DNA from: Candidatus Dormibacteria bacterium
GTDB taxonomy: Bacteria > Chloroflexota > Dormibacteria > DASZGP01
Assembly: GCA_050998755.1 (NCBI GenBank)
Contig: JBPCPW010000001.1
Coordinates: forward strand, 5,343-69,342
Reading direction: 5' to 3'
Length of the DNA stretch: 64,000 nucleotides
Every line of letters begins with the position of its first letter. Positions within the stretch are counted from its first letter, which is position 1. The notes under the pieces are model-generated. The model saw only the letters and a list, made by a program, of their open reading frames with translations, did not search any database and was not told the origin of the DNA. The translations under genes were made by a program, and so were the position numbers. Shown here piece by piece: positions 26,049 through 34,485 of this stretch.

Positions 26049-27144
26049 CAAGCGGCCGCGATGGCTGCCCTTTGCCGCCGGCGGCCTGGCGTTGATGCTC
26101 GCAGCAGCCGTGATCTTCGGCATCACCCACCAGGGCGGCCTGAGCGTGACCCCGGCCGATACCGCGACCGGACAGAGAGCGCCGGAGTTCACCGGCATCG
26201 TCGATTGGGAAAACAGCGCGCCGCTCACCATGACCGCGCTTCGTGGCAAGGTCGTGCTGGTCGATTTCTGGACGTACTCCTGCATCAACTGTCAGCGCAC
26301 GTTCCCATACCTGCGCGCGTGGCAGAAGGCCTACGCCGGCCAGGGGTTGGTGATCGTCGGCGTGCACAGCCCGGAGTTCGACTTCGAGAAGGACGTCGGC
26401 AACGTTCGCCAGGCGGTCAAGCACTACGACGTCACCTGGCCGGTGGCGGTCGACCCCCAGATGGCAACTTGGAACGCCTACAACAACCAGTACTGGCCCG
26501 CGGAGTACCTCATCGACAAAAGTGGCGCGGTGGTGCACACGCATTTTGGCGAGGGCGAGTACGACGTAACCGAGCAGAGGATCCGAGATCTGCTGAAGGC
26601 CACCGGGCACACCGTGCCGGCTGCGGGTGCCGCCGTCATTCCCCCCGGCCTGTCGGCTGACGCCCAGCTGGAGACCGCGGAGCTCTACGCCGCCGCGCCG
26701 CGCGGCTTCGACGTACCCGACGCCGTCGCCAACGTGTCGCACGACTACCAGGACCCGGGCGCCGGGGCATCAGGTCACCGACAGAACAACAAGATCTACT
26801 GGAACGGGACCTGGACCATCGGCGACGAGTACGCCGAGCATCCACGAGACAGCCCCAGCGGCCAGGACTATTTCCTCATCGACTACCAGGCCCGGCAGGT
26901 CCACATGGTGGCCCAGGGCCTGGGTGGGCCAAAGCGCGCCTACCTGACAATGGACGGGGGGGACCTCAAGCCGTCCGACGCCGGACCGGAGGTGAAGTTC
27001 GACAGCGGCGGCCATGCCTACGTGGACGTCGACCGGTCCGACCTGTACACCCTGGTCAAGCGCCCGGACTTCGGCGAGCACGTGCTCAAGATCAGCCCGG
27101 TGAGCAGCGGCTTCCGGCTCTTCACCTTCACCTTCGGGAGCTGA
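26002..27144 (+). CDS. membrane-anchored thioredoxin-fold thiol:disulfide oxidoreductase with C-terminal beta-rich domain (DipZ C-terminal-like)
   Basis: Signal-anchor (WLPFAAGGLALMLAAAVIFGI), redoxin domain with WTYSCINCQ (CxxC), then ~200-aa domain resembling the C-terminal module of mycobacterial DipZ; start (GTG 26002 / TTG 26020) overlaps Fe-ADH 3' end. Confidence 0.7.
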   Translation: MATRAHLKRSIAEPSSKRPRWLPFAAGGLALMLAAAVIFGITHQGGLSVTPADTATGQRAPEFTGIVDWENSAPLTMTALRGKVVLVDFWTYSCINCQRTFPYLRAWQKAYAGQGLVIVGVHSPEFDFEKDVGNVRQAVKHYDVTWPVAVDPQMATWNAYNNQYWPAEYLIDKSGAVVHTHFGEGEYDVTEQRIRDLLKATGHTVPAAGAAVIPPGLSADAQLETAELYAAAPRGFDVPDAVANVSHDYQDPGAGASGHRQNNKIYWNGTWTIGDEYAEHPRDSPSGQDYFLIDYQARQVHMVAQGLGGPKRAYLTMDGGDLKPSDAGPEVKFDSGGHAYVDVDRSDLYTLVKRPDFGEHVLKISPVSSGFRLFTFTFGS

Positions 27145-27145
27145 C

Positions 27146-27883
27146 CTGGGTCTCGACCTGCTGGTCGCCTTCTCCGCCGGGGCTGTCTCCTTCTTTGCGC
27201 CCTGCGTGGTCCCGCTGCTGCCCGCCTATGTCACCTACCTCGGCGGCTCGACGTCCGAGGCCGCTGCCGATCCCGGCGCCTTCCAGTCGCGGGTGCTGCG
27301 GGGTGGGCTGCTGTACGTCGTGGGGTTCGGGACGGTGTTTGTGACTCTTGGCGTGCTGGCCGGCCTGGCGGGGGGCGCGGTGCAGACGGTCGCGGTGCGC
27401 ACGATTCTGCAGCGGGTCGGGGGGGTGCTGGTGATCGTGATGGGCGTTGTCCTGCTCGGCGTGTTGCCGGTGAGCGTCACGGAGCGCGGGTTTTCGCCAC
27501 TGCAGGGCAGGCTGGCGCTGGTCGACGGCCGGGCGAGGCGGGGAGGGATGTCGCCGCTGCTGCTGGGGGTGGTCTTTGGCACCGCGTGGACGCCTTGCGT
27601 CGGCCCGGTGCTGGCCGGCATCCTGGCCCTTGCGGCCGCCCGGCAGGGGGTGGCCCAGGGCGGCGTCCTGCTGGCGGCGTACACCGTCGGTCTGGGGCTC
27701 CCCTTCCTGCTCTGCAGTATGGCCCTGGCCAGCTTCCCGAGGATGGTGCGGCCGTTGGCCCGCTTCTCGGTGCGGCTGAACCGGGTCGCTGGGGCGCTGA
27801 TGGTGCTTCTCGGGGTCCTGCTGGTCACCGGGCTGTACCAATCGATCTCCGGCTACCTCGCCCAGCCCCTCACGCTTCACTGA
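27146..27883 (+). CDS. ccdA: cytochrome c-type biogenesis protein CcdA / DsbD transmembrane core
   Basis: Conserved ...AGAVSFFAPCVVPLLPAYVTYLGG... and ...GTAWTPCVGPVLAGIL... Cys motifs; conserved N-terminus is upstream of first ATG/GTG/TTG (GTG 27206), putative CTG start 27146 5 nt after GGGAG. Confidence 0.7.
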   Translation: MGLDLLVAFSAGAVSFFAPCVVPLLPAYVTYLGGSTSEAAADPGAFQSRVLRGGLLYVVGFGTVFVTLGVLAGLAGGAVQTVAVRTILQRVGGVLVIVMGVVLLGVLPVSVTERGFSPLQGRLALVDGRARRGGMSPLLLGVVFGTAWTPCVGPVLAGILALAAARQGVAQGGVLLAAYTVGLGLPFLLCSMALASFPRMVRPLARFSVRLNRVAGALMVLLGVLLVTGLYQSISGYLAQPLTLH

Positions 27884-27949
27884 AGTAGGAATCCCGCCGG
27901 GGCCAGGCGGATTAGGGTTTAGTGGTGATAAGAAGGAGTGGCTAGGCGC

Positions 27950-29839
27950 GTGATGCACGGGATGTCCGGACCCGAGGTGCAGCTGCGCCCGGGCGAGGAG
28001 CCACTGCGCGCCGCCAACATCCGCCGGGTGGTCGGCCTCTTCAAGCCGCACCAGGCGCAGGTGGGGGTCACGACGGTGCTGGTGCTGGTCACCGCGGTGC
28101 TGGGTGTCGTCAACCCGCTGATGCAGGGACGCATCTTCGACGACGTGTTCAGCAATCGCCACGTGGTCGGCGCCTTTGGCCTGCGCGACCTCGGTCTACT
28201 CACCCTGTACGTGGCGATCATGGTCATCACCCCCATCCTCAGCAGCGGCCTGGGCATCATCCAGACCTTCGTCACCACGGTCATCGGCCAGGAGGTCATC
28301 CAAGAGTTGCGCAACCGCCTCTACGCCCACCTTCAGGCGATGCCGCTGAAGTTCTTCACCGACACCCGCACCGGGGAGATCCAGTCTCGCCTGTCTTCGG
28401 ACGTCGCCGGCGTGCAGACCGTGGTCACCGACACCTTCACCAGCATCGTCAGCAACATCGCGATCCTGTTGACCACGGTGGTCGCGATGTACATCCTGTC
28501 GCCGGCCCTGACCTTCCTCTCCCTGATCCTGGTCCCGGTCTTCATCCTGCTCACCACTCGCGTCGGCAGCGTCCGCCGCTCCATCGCCGGGCAGACCCAG
28601 CGGACGATCGCCGACCTCTCGGCGCTGGTGGAGGAGACGCTGTCGGTGAGCGGCGTGCTGCTGACCAAGACCTTTGGCCGCCAGGCCGCCTCGCTGGCGC
28701 GGTTCCAGCGTGAGAACGGCCGCCTTGCCAAGTTGTTCATCCGCCAGCAGATGGTGGGTCGCAGCTTCATGGCGCTGATCGGGACCTTTTTCTCTATCTC
28801 CCCCGCGCTGATCTACCTGCTCGCCGGGTATCTGCTCTTCGGCAACCACGGTGGGCGCGTCAACGTACCCCTCATCGGCTCGATCAGCGTCGGCACACTG
28901 GTGGCGTTCACGACCCTGCAGAGCCGGCTGTTCTTCCCCATCGGGCAGATGCTGCAGGTGCAGATCGAGGTGGTGGGCGCCTTCGCGCTGTTCGACCGGG
29001 TCTTCGAGTACATGGACATGCCCCACGACATCGTCGAGAAGCCAGACGCCATCGCCATCCCACCCCAGGAGGTGCTGGGCGACGTCGAGTTCCGCAATGT
29101 GTCGTTCAGCTACATCGCCAAGGACGGCCCCCCGGCGCTCACCGGGATCACCTTCCACGCGCGCCCCGGCGAGCTGGTGGCGCTCGTCGGCCCCAGCGGC
29201 GCCGGTAAGACCACCACCACCTACCTCATCCCCCGCCTCTACGATGTCGACCGGGGCGCGGTTACAGTGGACGGCCACGACGTACGCGACTTCAAGCTGG
29301 ACGCCCTTGGCGAGCTCATCGGCGTGGTGACGCAGGAGACCTACCTCTTCCATTCCACGGTCCGCGAGAACCTGTTGTTTGCGCGCCCCGAGGCGACGGA
29401 CGATGAGCTGTGGACAGCGCTGGAGGCGGCCGCCATCGCCGACCGGGTGCACGAGCTGGTTGACGGGTTGAGCACGGTGGTGGGCGAGCGGGGGTACCGC
29501 CTGTCGGGTGGCGAGAAGCAGCGCATCGCGATCGCCCGGGTGTTCCTCAAGAACCCCCGCATCCTGATCCTGGATGAGGCCACCTCAGCGCTCGACACGC
29601 ACTCGGAGCGGCTTATCCAGGCGGCCTTCGCCAAGCTGATGCAGGGGCGGACAACGGTTGCCATTGCCCACCGCCTGTCGACAATCCTCAAGGCCGACCA
29701 GATCCTGGTCATGGACCATGGCCAGGTGGTGGAGCGCGGCACCCATGCCGAACTGGTCAACCGCGGCGGACTCTACAGCCAGCTCTACCTGGAGCAATTC
29801 GCCGCCGACGAGGTCCTGGAACCGGTGGGCCTCAGCTAG
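27950..29839 (+). CDS. ABC transporter permease/ATP-binding fusion (type I exporter)
   Basis: 6 TM + NBD: GPSGAGKTT, LSGGEKQRIAIAR, ILILDEATSALD, H-loop AHRL; AAGGAG 11-14 nt upstream of GTG/ATG 27950/27953. Confidence 0.85.
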   Translation: MMHGMSGPEVQLRPGEEPLRAANIRRVVGLFKPHQAQVGVTTVLVLVTAVLGVVNPLMQGRIFDDVFSNRHVVGAFGLRDLGLLTLYVAIMVITPILSSGLGIIQTFVTTVIGQEVIQELRNRLYAHLQAMPLKFFTDTRTGEIQSRLSSDVAGVQTVVTDTFTSIVSNIAILLTTVVAMYILSPALTFLSLILVPVFILLTTRVGSVRRSIAGQTQRTIADLSALVEETLSVSGVLLTKTFGRQAASLARFQRENGRLAKLFIRQQMVGRSFMALIGTFFSISPALIYLLAGYLLFGNHGGRVNVPLIGSISVGTLVAFTTLQSRLFFPIGQMLQVQIEVVGAFALFDRVFEYMDMPHDIVEKPDAIAIPPQEVLGDVEFRNVSFSYIAKDGPPALTGITFHARPGELVALVGPSGAGKTTTTYLIPRLYDVDRGAVTVDGHDVRDFKLDALGELIGVVTQETYLFHSTVRENLLFARPEATDDELWTALEAAAIADRVHELVDGLSTVVGERGYRLSGGEKQRIAIARVFLKNPRILILDEATSALDTHSERLIQAAFAKLMQGRTTVAIAHRLSTILKADQILVMDHGQVVERGTHAELVNRGGLYSQLYLEQFAADEVLEPVGLS

Positions 29840-29852
29840 GCCGGGAACCACC

Positions 29853-29896
29853 GATTCCGAGCTTGCATCTCGGGCGCTGGACGCCCGATACGGGCG
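29853..29896 (+). repeat. 44-nt palindromic intergenic element, copy A
   Basis: GATTCCGAGCTTGCATCTCGGGCGCTGGACGCCCGATACGGGCG; ~90% identical to 59382-59425; core TCGGGCG-CTGGA-CGCCCGA inverted repeat; 13 nt after TAG stop of ABC exporter. Confidence 0.8.
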
Positions 29897-30071
29897 TCGC
29901 CGGCTTCGCCCGCTGCGCGGGGTTCCGCGCCTCCCTCACGCACCTCCGGTGCGCTCCGTCCGGTGCTCGCCCGGCTTCTTCAACTCGAACGTCCATCATC
30001 CGAAGCTGCCGCGCCCGGATCGGTGGATCCCGGCTGGGTCCCGGCTGGCCCGTCGTGGCGGCAACTACAAT

Positions 30072-30866
30072 TTGGACGCTTTGGAATTCGTCCGGTACGA
30101 GCCAGATGGCGCGGTCGCCGTTCTGACGATTGCGCACCCCCCGGCCAACGCCCTCTCCAACCAGGTCCTGGCGGAGATCGGCCAGGCGCTGGACGAAGCC
30201 GCGGCCGACCAGTCGGTCCGCTGCCTCATCTTCACCGGCGAGGGCGACAGGTTCTTCATCGCCGGGGCCGACATCAAAGAGTTTCTGCAGACGCCGGACG
30301 GCCAGGTGAGCGATCGGACTGCCCGCGGCCAGGAGATCACGCTCAGGCTCGAGAGGCTGCCGAAAGTCGTGATCATGGCGGTCAACGGCTACTGTTTCGG
30401 CGGCGGCTGCGAGCTGGCGATGGCGGGGGACATCCGGATCGCGGCGGAGAACGCCCAGTTCGGGCAACCCGAGATAAAGCTCGGGATCATCCCCGGTTTT
30501 GGTGGCACTCAACGTTTCCCACGGTTGATCGGCCGTAGCAACGCGATGGAGCTGCTGTTCAGCGGCGATAGCATCGATGCTGCCACCGCCCTGGCCTTCG
30601 GGCTGGTTTCGCGGGTGGTCCCTGCTGCCGAACTCATGGACGAGGCCCGGCGCACCGCCGGGAAGCTGTCCACCGCGGCGCCGCTGGCGGTGGCGGCGAT
30701 CAAGCGCGCGGTGTCGCGGGGCATGGACCGGCCGATCGACGAGGCATTGGAGATCGAGCGGGAGGAGTTCATCGCGGTGCGCCAGACGGCCGACGCCAAC
30801 GAGGGCATCACCGCTTTCATCGAGAAGAGGAAGCCGACCTTCACCGGGCAGGCCGGTCAGCCGTGA
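30072..30866 (+). CDS. enoyl-CoA hydratase/isomerase (crotonase family)
   Basis: ...FIAGADIKEF..., oxyanion-hole region GYCFGGGCELAMAGDIRIAAE...; TTG start (30072 or 30081). Confidence 0.8.
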   Translation: MDALEFVRYEPDGAVAVLTIAHPPANALSNQVLAEIGQALDEAAADQSVRCLIFTGEGDRFFIAGADIKEFLQTPDGQVSDRTARGQEITLRLERLPKVVIMAVNGYCFGGGCELAMAGDIRIAAENAQFGQPEIKLGIIPGFGGTQRFPRLIGRSNAMELLFSGDSIDAATALAFGLVSRVVPAAELMDEARRTAGKLSTAAPLAVAAIKRAVSRGMDRPIDEALEIEREEFIAVRQTADANEGITAFIEKRKPTFTGQAGQP

Positions 30867-33175
30867 CCCAGGTGTTGACAGCGGCCGCCCGGCCCGACGT
30901 GGCTCAGTTCCTCTTCAGCAGCACGGCCATGTTGCTGGTGCTGGCGGTGATCCTGTTCTTCCTCTACCGGATCTACCTCTTCATCACCGTGCTGCGCGTC
31001 GGCACGCCGGACAACCGGTTCGACCTGATCCCGCAGCGGGTGATGGAGGTGGTCAAGGGCGTCGGCGGCCACGACCGCATGGTGCGCCGCAAGTACTCCG
31101 GGATCCTCCACCTGGCGATCTTCTACGGGTTCGTGCTGCTGGGCACCTCGATCATCCAGGTGTTTTCCGAGGCCCTGCTGCCAACCTTCAAGCCCGACCC
31201 GCCGCTGGTCAACTCGGTCATCGCGCTGGTCCAGGACAGCTTCGCCGTACTGGTCCTGGGGGGGGTGGCAATGGCCCTCTACAACCGCTTCTTCATCCAC
31301 CCCCTGCGCTACGTCGGTAGCCACGAGGATGACGGCATCAGAATCCTCTTCGGGATCGCGCTGGTGATCATCACCCAGCTCCTGTCGACGGCCAGCCGGC
31401 TCAACCTCAACAGCAACCCGGCCTACGGTCTCGACCCCTCCACCAGCTGGCGACCAGTCTCGCAGGCGGTGTCTTCGCTGCTGGCGATGGTTGGCGTGAG
31501 TGCCGCCAACGCCGATTTCTGGCACCACGCCTTTTTGCTTTCCAACGTGGTGGTCGTTCTGGCGTTCCTTGCCTACCTGCCCATCAGCAAGCACCAGCAC
31601 ATATATCTGTCGGTTGAAAACATCTTCTTCCGCAATCTCAAACCAATCGGCGCGCTGCCCCTGCTGGACATCGAGAACACCACGCACTACGGCAACAGCA
31701 AGATCGAGCAGTTCAGCTGGAAGAACCTCCTCGACCTCTACACCTGCACCGAGTGCGGTCGCTGCCAGGACCAGTGTCCCGCCTACCTCACCGACAAGCC
31801 GTTGAGTCCAAAGATGCTGATCATGGACATGCGCGACCACCTCCACGAGCGCACTCCCCAACTGATCAAGCTGGCCGGCCTGCCGGAGGCCGACCGCGAT
31901 GAAGCGGCGGCGAAGATCGAGGCGGAGTCGGGCGTCGAGCACAAGCCGCTGATCGGGGGGACGATCCTTGAAGAGACCCTCTGGTCGTGCACCATGTGCG
32001 GCGCCTGCATGAACGAGTGCCCGGTTCTCATCGAGCATGTTCCAAAGATCGCCGAGATGCGCCGTTCGTTGGTGCTCGAGGAGTCGAGGCTACCCAAGCA
32101 GGCGGAATCGGCGCTGCGCAGCATCGAGAACTCCGGCAACCCCTACGCCATCGGCAACCAGACTCGCGGCGACTGGGCCCAGGGCCTGGGGGTCAAAACC
32201 TATGCCGAGCACCCCGACGCCGAGTACCTGTATTTCGTTGGCTGCGCCGCCAGCTTCGACGAGGCCAACCAGAAGGTCGCCGCCTCCATCGTCAAGATCC
32301 TGCAGGCGGCCAAGATCGACTTCGCCATCCTCGGCAAGGAGGAGACCTGCAACGGCGACCCGGCGCGGCGCATCGGCAACGAATACCTGTTCCAGACCCA
32401 GGCCGAGGCCAACATCAAGACCTTCCAGAAGTACGAGGTCAAGAAGGTCCTGACCGGCTGCCCGCACTGCTTCAACACCATCAAGAATGAATATCCGCAA
32501 CTCGGGTTCGATGCCGAGGTCATCCACCACACGGAGTTCATCAACACCCTGATCGCCGACGGCCGCCTGCAGATGTGGCCCCAGACGGACGCGGCGCTGC
32601 AGGGTAAGACCGTCACCTACCACGACCCCTGCTACCTGGGGAGGTGGAACGGGGTCTACGACCCCGCGCGCCACATCCTGGAGAAGATCAACGGCCTGGA
32701 CCACATCGAGATGCACCGTCACGGCCGCCAGGCCTTCTGCTGCGGCGCCGGCGGCGGCCGCATGTGGATGGAGGAGACGCTGGGCAAGCGCATCAACCGC
32801 GAGCGCATCCAGCACGCGCACGAGGTGGATGCCGACGTGGTCGCGACGGCCTGCCCGTTCTGCCTGACGATGATGCTCGAGGGAGCGTCAAGCCAGAACC
32901 TGGCGATCGACGTGGCAGATGTGGCGCAGCTGGTCGCCGCCAACATTGCCAGCGATGAGCACAAGGTGCCGCTGCAGTTCCCCCGCCACGACGATGTCGC
33001 CCCCCGGCTTGAGAGCTGGCCGGTGCCGCGCACCGAGCCCAACGCCACCGCGGTGCATCCGCACGACATGGTCGAGCCGGACGCCCTGCTCCACGAGCTG
33101 AAGGTCGGACCCGAGAACATTGCCCCGATCCCCATGCCCAACGGTGGGCACGATCCCGAGCCGGAGGATTCCTAG
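30863..33175 (+). CDS. membrane-bound (Fe-S)-binding oxidoreductase, HdrD/GlpC/GlcF-like with NarI-like N-terminal membrane domain
   Basis: ~5 TM N-terminus, two 4Fe-4S motifs CTECGRCQDQCP and CTMCGACMNECP, two CCG Cys-rich domains (…CPHCFNT…, …FCCGAGGGRMW…CPFCLTM); GTGA overlap with ECH gene. Confidence 0.75.
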   Translation: MTQVLTAAARPDVAQFLFSSTAMLLVLAVILFFLYRIYLFITVLRVGTPDNRFDLIPQRVMEVVKGVGGHDRMVRRKYSGILHLAIFYGFVLLGTSIIQVFSEALLPTFKPDPPLVNSVIALVQDSFAVLVLGGVAMALYNRFFIHPLRYVGSHEDDGIRILFGIALVIITQLLSTASRLNLNSNPAYGLDPSTSWRPVSQAVSSLLAMVGVSAANADFWHHAFLLSNVVVVLAFLAYLPISKHQHIYLSVENIFFRNLKPIGALPLLDIENTTHYGNSKIEQFSWKNLLDLYTCTECGRCQDQCPAYLTDKPLSPKMLIMDMRDHLHERTPQLIKLAGLPEADRDEAAAKIEAESGVEHKPLIGGTILEETLWSCTMCGACMNECPVLIEHVPKIAEMRRSLVLEESRLPKQAESALRSIENSGNPYAIGNQTRGDWAQGLGVKTYAEHPDAEYLYFVGCAASFDEANQKVAASIVKILQAAKIDFAILGKEETCNGDPARRIGNEYLFQTQAEANIKTFQKYEVKKVLTGCPHCFNTIKNEYPQLGFDAEVIHHTEFINTLIADGRLQMWPQTDAALQGKTVTYHDPCYLGRWNGVYDPARHILEKINGLDHIEMHRHGRQAFCCGAGGGRMWMEETLGKRINRERIQHAHEVDADVVATACPFCLTMMLEGASSQNLAIDVADVAQLVAANIASDEHKVPLQFPRHDDVAPRLESWPVPRTEPNATAVHPHDMVEPDALLHELKVGPENIAPIPMPNGGHDPEPEDS

Positions 33176-34416
33176 AGGGGCAGGGTCAGGGTGAAGCTGC
33201 TCCCCGCACCCGGCCGGGAGGCGACCGAGATGTCGCCACCATGCATGCGGGCCAGCTGCCTGGAGAGGTAGAGACCGAGGCCGGTCCCGGGGATATGGCT
33301 GTTCTCCGGCGTGACCAGCCGGCCGAAGCGGGTGAACAGCCGGGCCAGGTCCTTCTCCGCGATGCCCAGGCCCCGGTCGGTCACCATCACCCGGGCGAGG
33401 TCACCGGCGCGCGTCACCGAGACCCGGACCGTGCCTCCCGCTGGCGAGTACTTGACGGCGTTGTCCAGCAGGTTGGCGATGATCGTGTCGAGCCGCGTGG
33501 GGTCGGCATGGACGATGAGCTCGGCCTCGGGAAGCACCATCTCCAGCTGATGGGTCGCGCTGAGCAACGCCATCGACTGCTCTACCACCCCCAGCGTCAG
33601 GGCGCCGAGGTCGACGTCCATCAAGGTCAGCTGCAAACGGTGGTCCTCGAGGCGTGCGGTCTCCAGCATCTCGTTGACCAGCAGGTTCATCTGCCGCATC
33701 TTGGCACTCAGGACGGGCAGCACCGCGCGCAGCTGACGACCCTTGAGGGCGCCCTCCTCCATCATCGAGATGTAGCCCTGGACCACCGCCAGCGGGCCGC
33801 GCAACTCGTGCGAGGCGAGGTTCAGGAACTCGGTCTTGACCTCCTCGAAGCCGGCGAACCGATCTGACGACCTGCGCGCTGCTCGCCCCATCTCCACGCG
33901 CCGGATGAAGACGCTGGCCAGGGCGCCGAGGTCATCCATCTGGGCCCGCTCATCGGCCGAGAAGGGCTCGGTTCCGCGGCGCCAGAAGCTCATGACGCCC
34001 AGTCCGACCCGGCCATCCGCCAGGGCCGTCCCGGTGCGTAGTGGCACCAGGCACGCTGTGTCGACGTCCCTCGCGGCGAACACCGGCGGCAGCCCGGAGC
34101 TCAGTGCGCGGGCGTCGTTGGTCTCGATGACCTGGCCCTCGCGCATCGCCCTCCAGTTCAGGGTTCCCAGCACCGGCCAATCACTGCCTCGAAGCTGGGA
34201 GGCCATCGCGCCCGCGCCGGCAACCACCTTGAAGATGTCCTGCCGGTCGGGAGGCACGACGGTGATAACGCAGTCGGCGGAGGGGATCAATTCCCTGGCC
34301 GCATCGACCAGCATCCCGCTGACGGCCTCGAGTTCCGTGGTGCCCTCCACGTCCTCGGACATGGTGGTGATCAACCTGCGAACCGCGGCTGCGTAGGCGT
34401 CGTCTCGCGCGCTCAC
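33172..34416 (-). CDS. sensor histidine kinase with N-terminal GAF-like domain (cytoplasmic, orphan)
   Basis: HisKA (LASHELRGPLAVVQGY) and HATPase_c (…GTGLGLYLSRQLARMHGGDISVAS…) motifs; no adjacent response regulator. Confidence 0.8.
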   Translation of the reverse strand: MSARDDAYAAAVRRLITTMSEDVEGTTELEAVSGMLVDAARELIPSADCVITVVPPDRQDIFKVVAGAGAMASQLRGSDWPVLGTLNWRAMREGQVIETNDARALSSGLPPVFAARDVDTACLVPLRTGTALADGRVGLGVMSFWRRGTEPFSADERAQMDDLGALASVFIRRVEMGRAARRSSDRFAGFEEVKTEFLNLASHELRGPLAVVQGYISMMEEGALKGRQLRAVLPVLSAKMRQMNLLVNEMLETARLEDHRLQLTLMDVDLGALTLGVVEQSMALLSATHQLEMVLPEAELIVHADPTRLDTIIANLLDNAVKYSPAGGTVRVSVTRAGDLARVMVTDRGLGIAEKDLARLFTRFGRLVTPENSHIPGTGLGLYLSRQLARMHGGDISVASRPGAGSSFTLTLPL

Positions 34417-34485
34417 GCGCTGACTCTAAAACGGAATCCACCGATCCGGGGGAACTCCACTTTCGCGCCTGCCCCCCGGCCCGGC

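Noticed and set aside
28196-29452. 418-aa minus-strand ORF antisense to the ABC exporter (also 19072-19890, 20172-21065, 37525-38184, 41822-42568, 55347-56828, 59373-60146 and similar)
   Set aside because: Translations are Arg/Gly/Asp/His-rich with no motifs, typical of antisense frames in GC-rich coding DNA; the sense-strand genes have clear family signatures.
30028-30049. Tandem 11-nt direct repeat TCCCGGCTGGG/TCCCGGCTGGC, considered as a possible CRISPR or minisatellite seed
   Set aside because: Only two units, no spacers, no cas genes anywhere in the window; recorded only as part of the crotonase leader.
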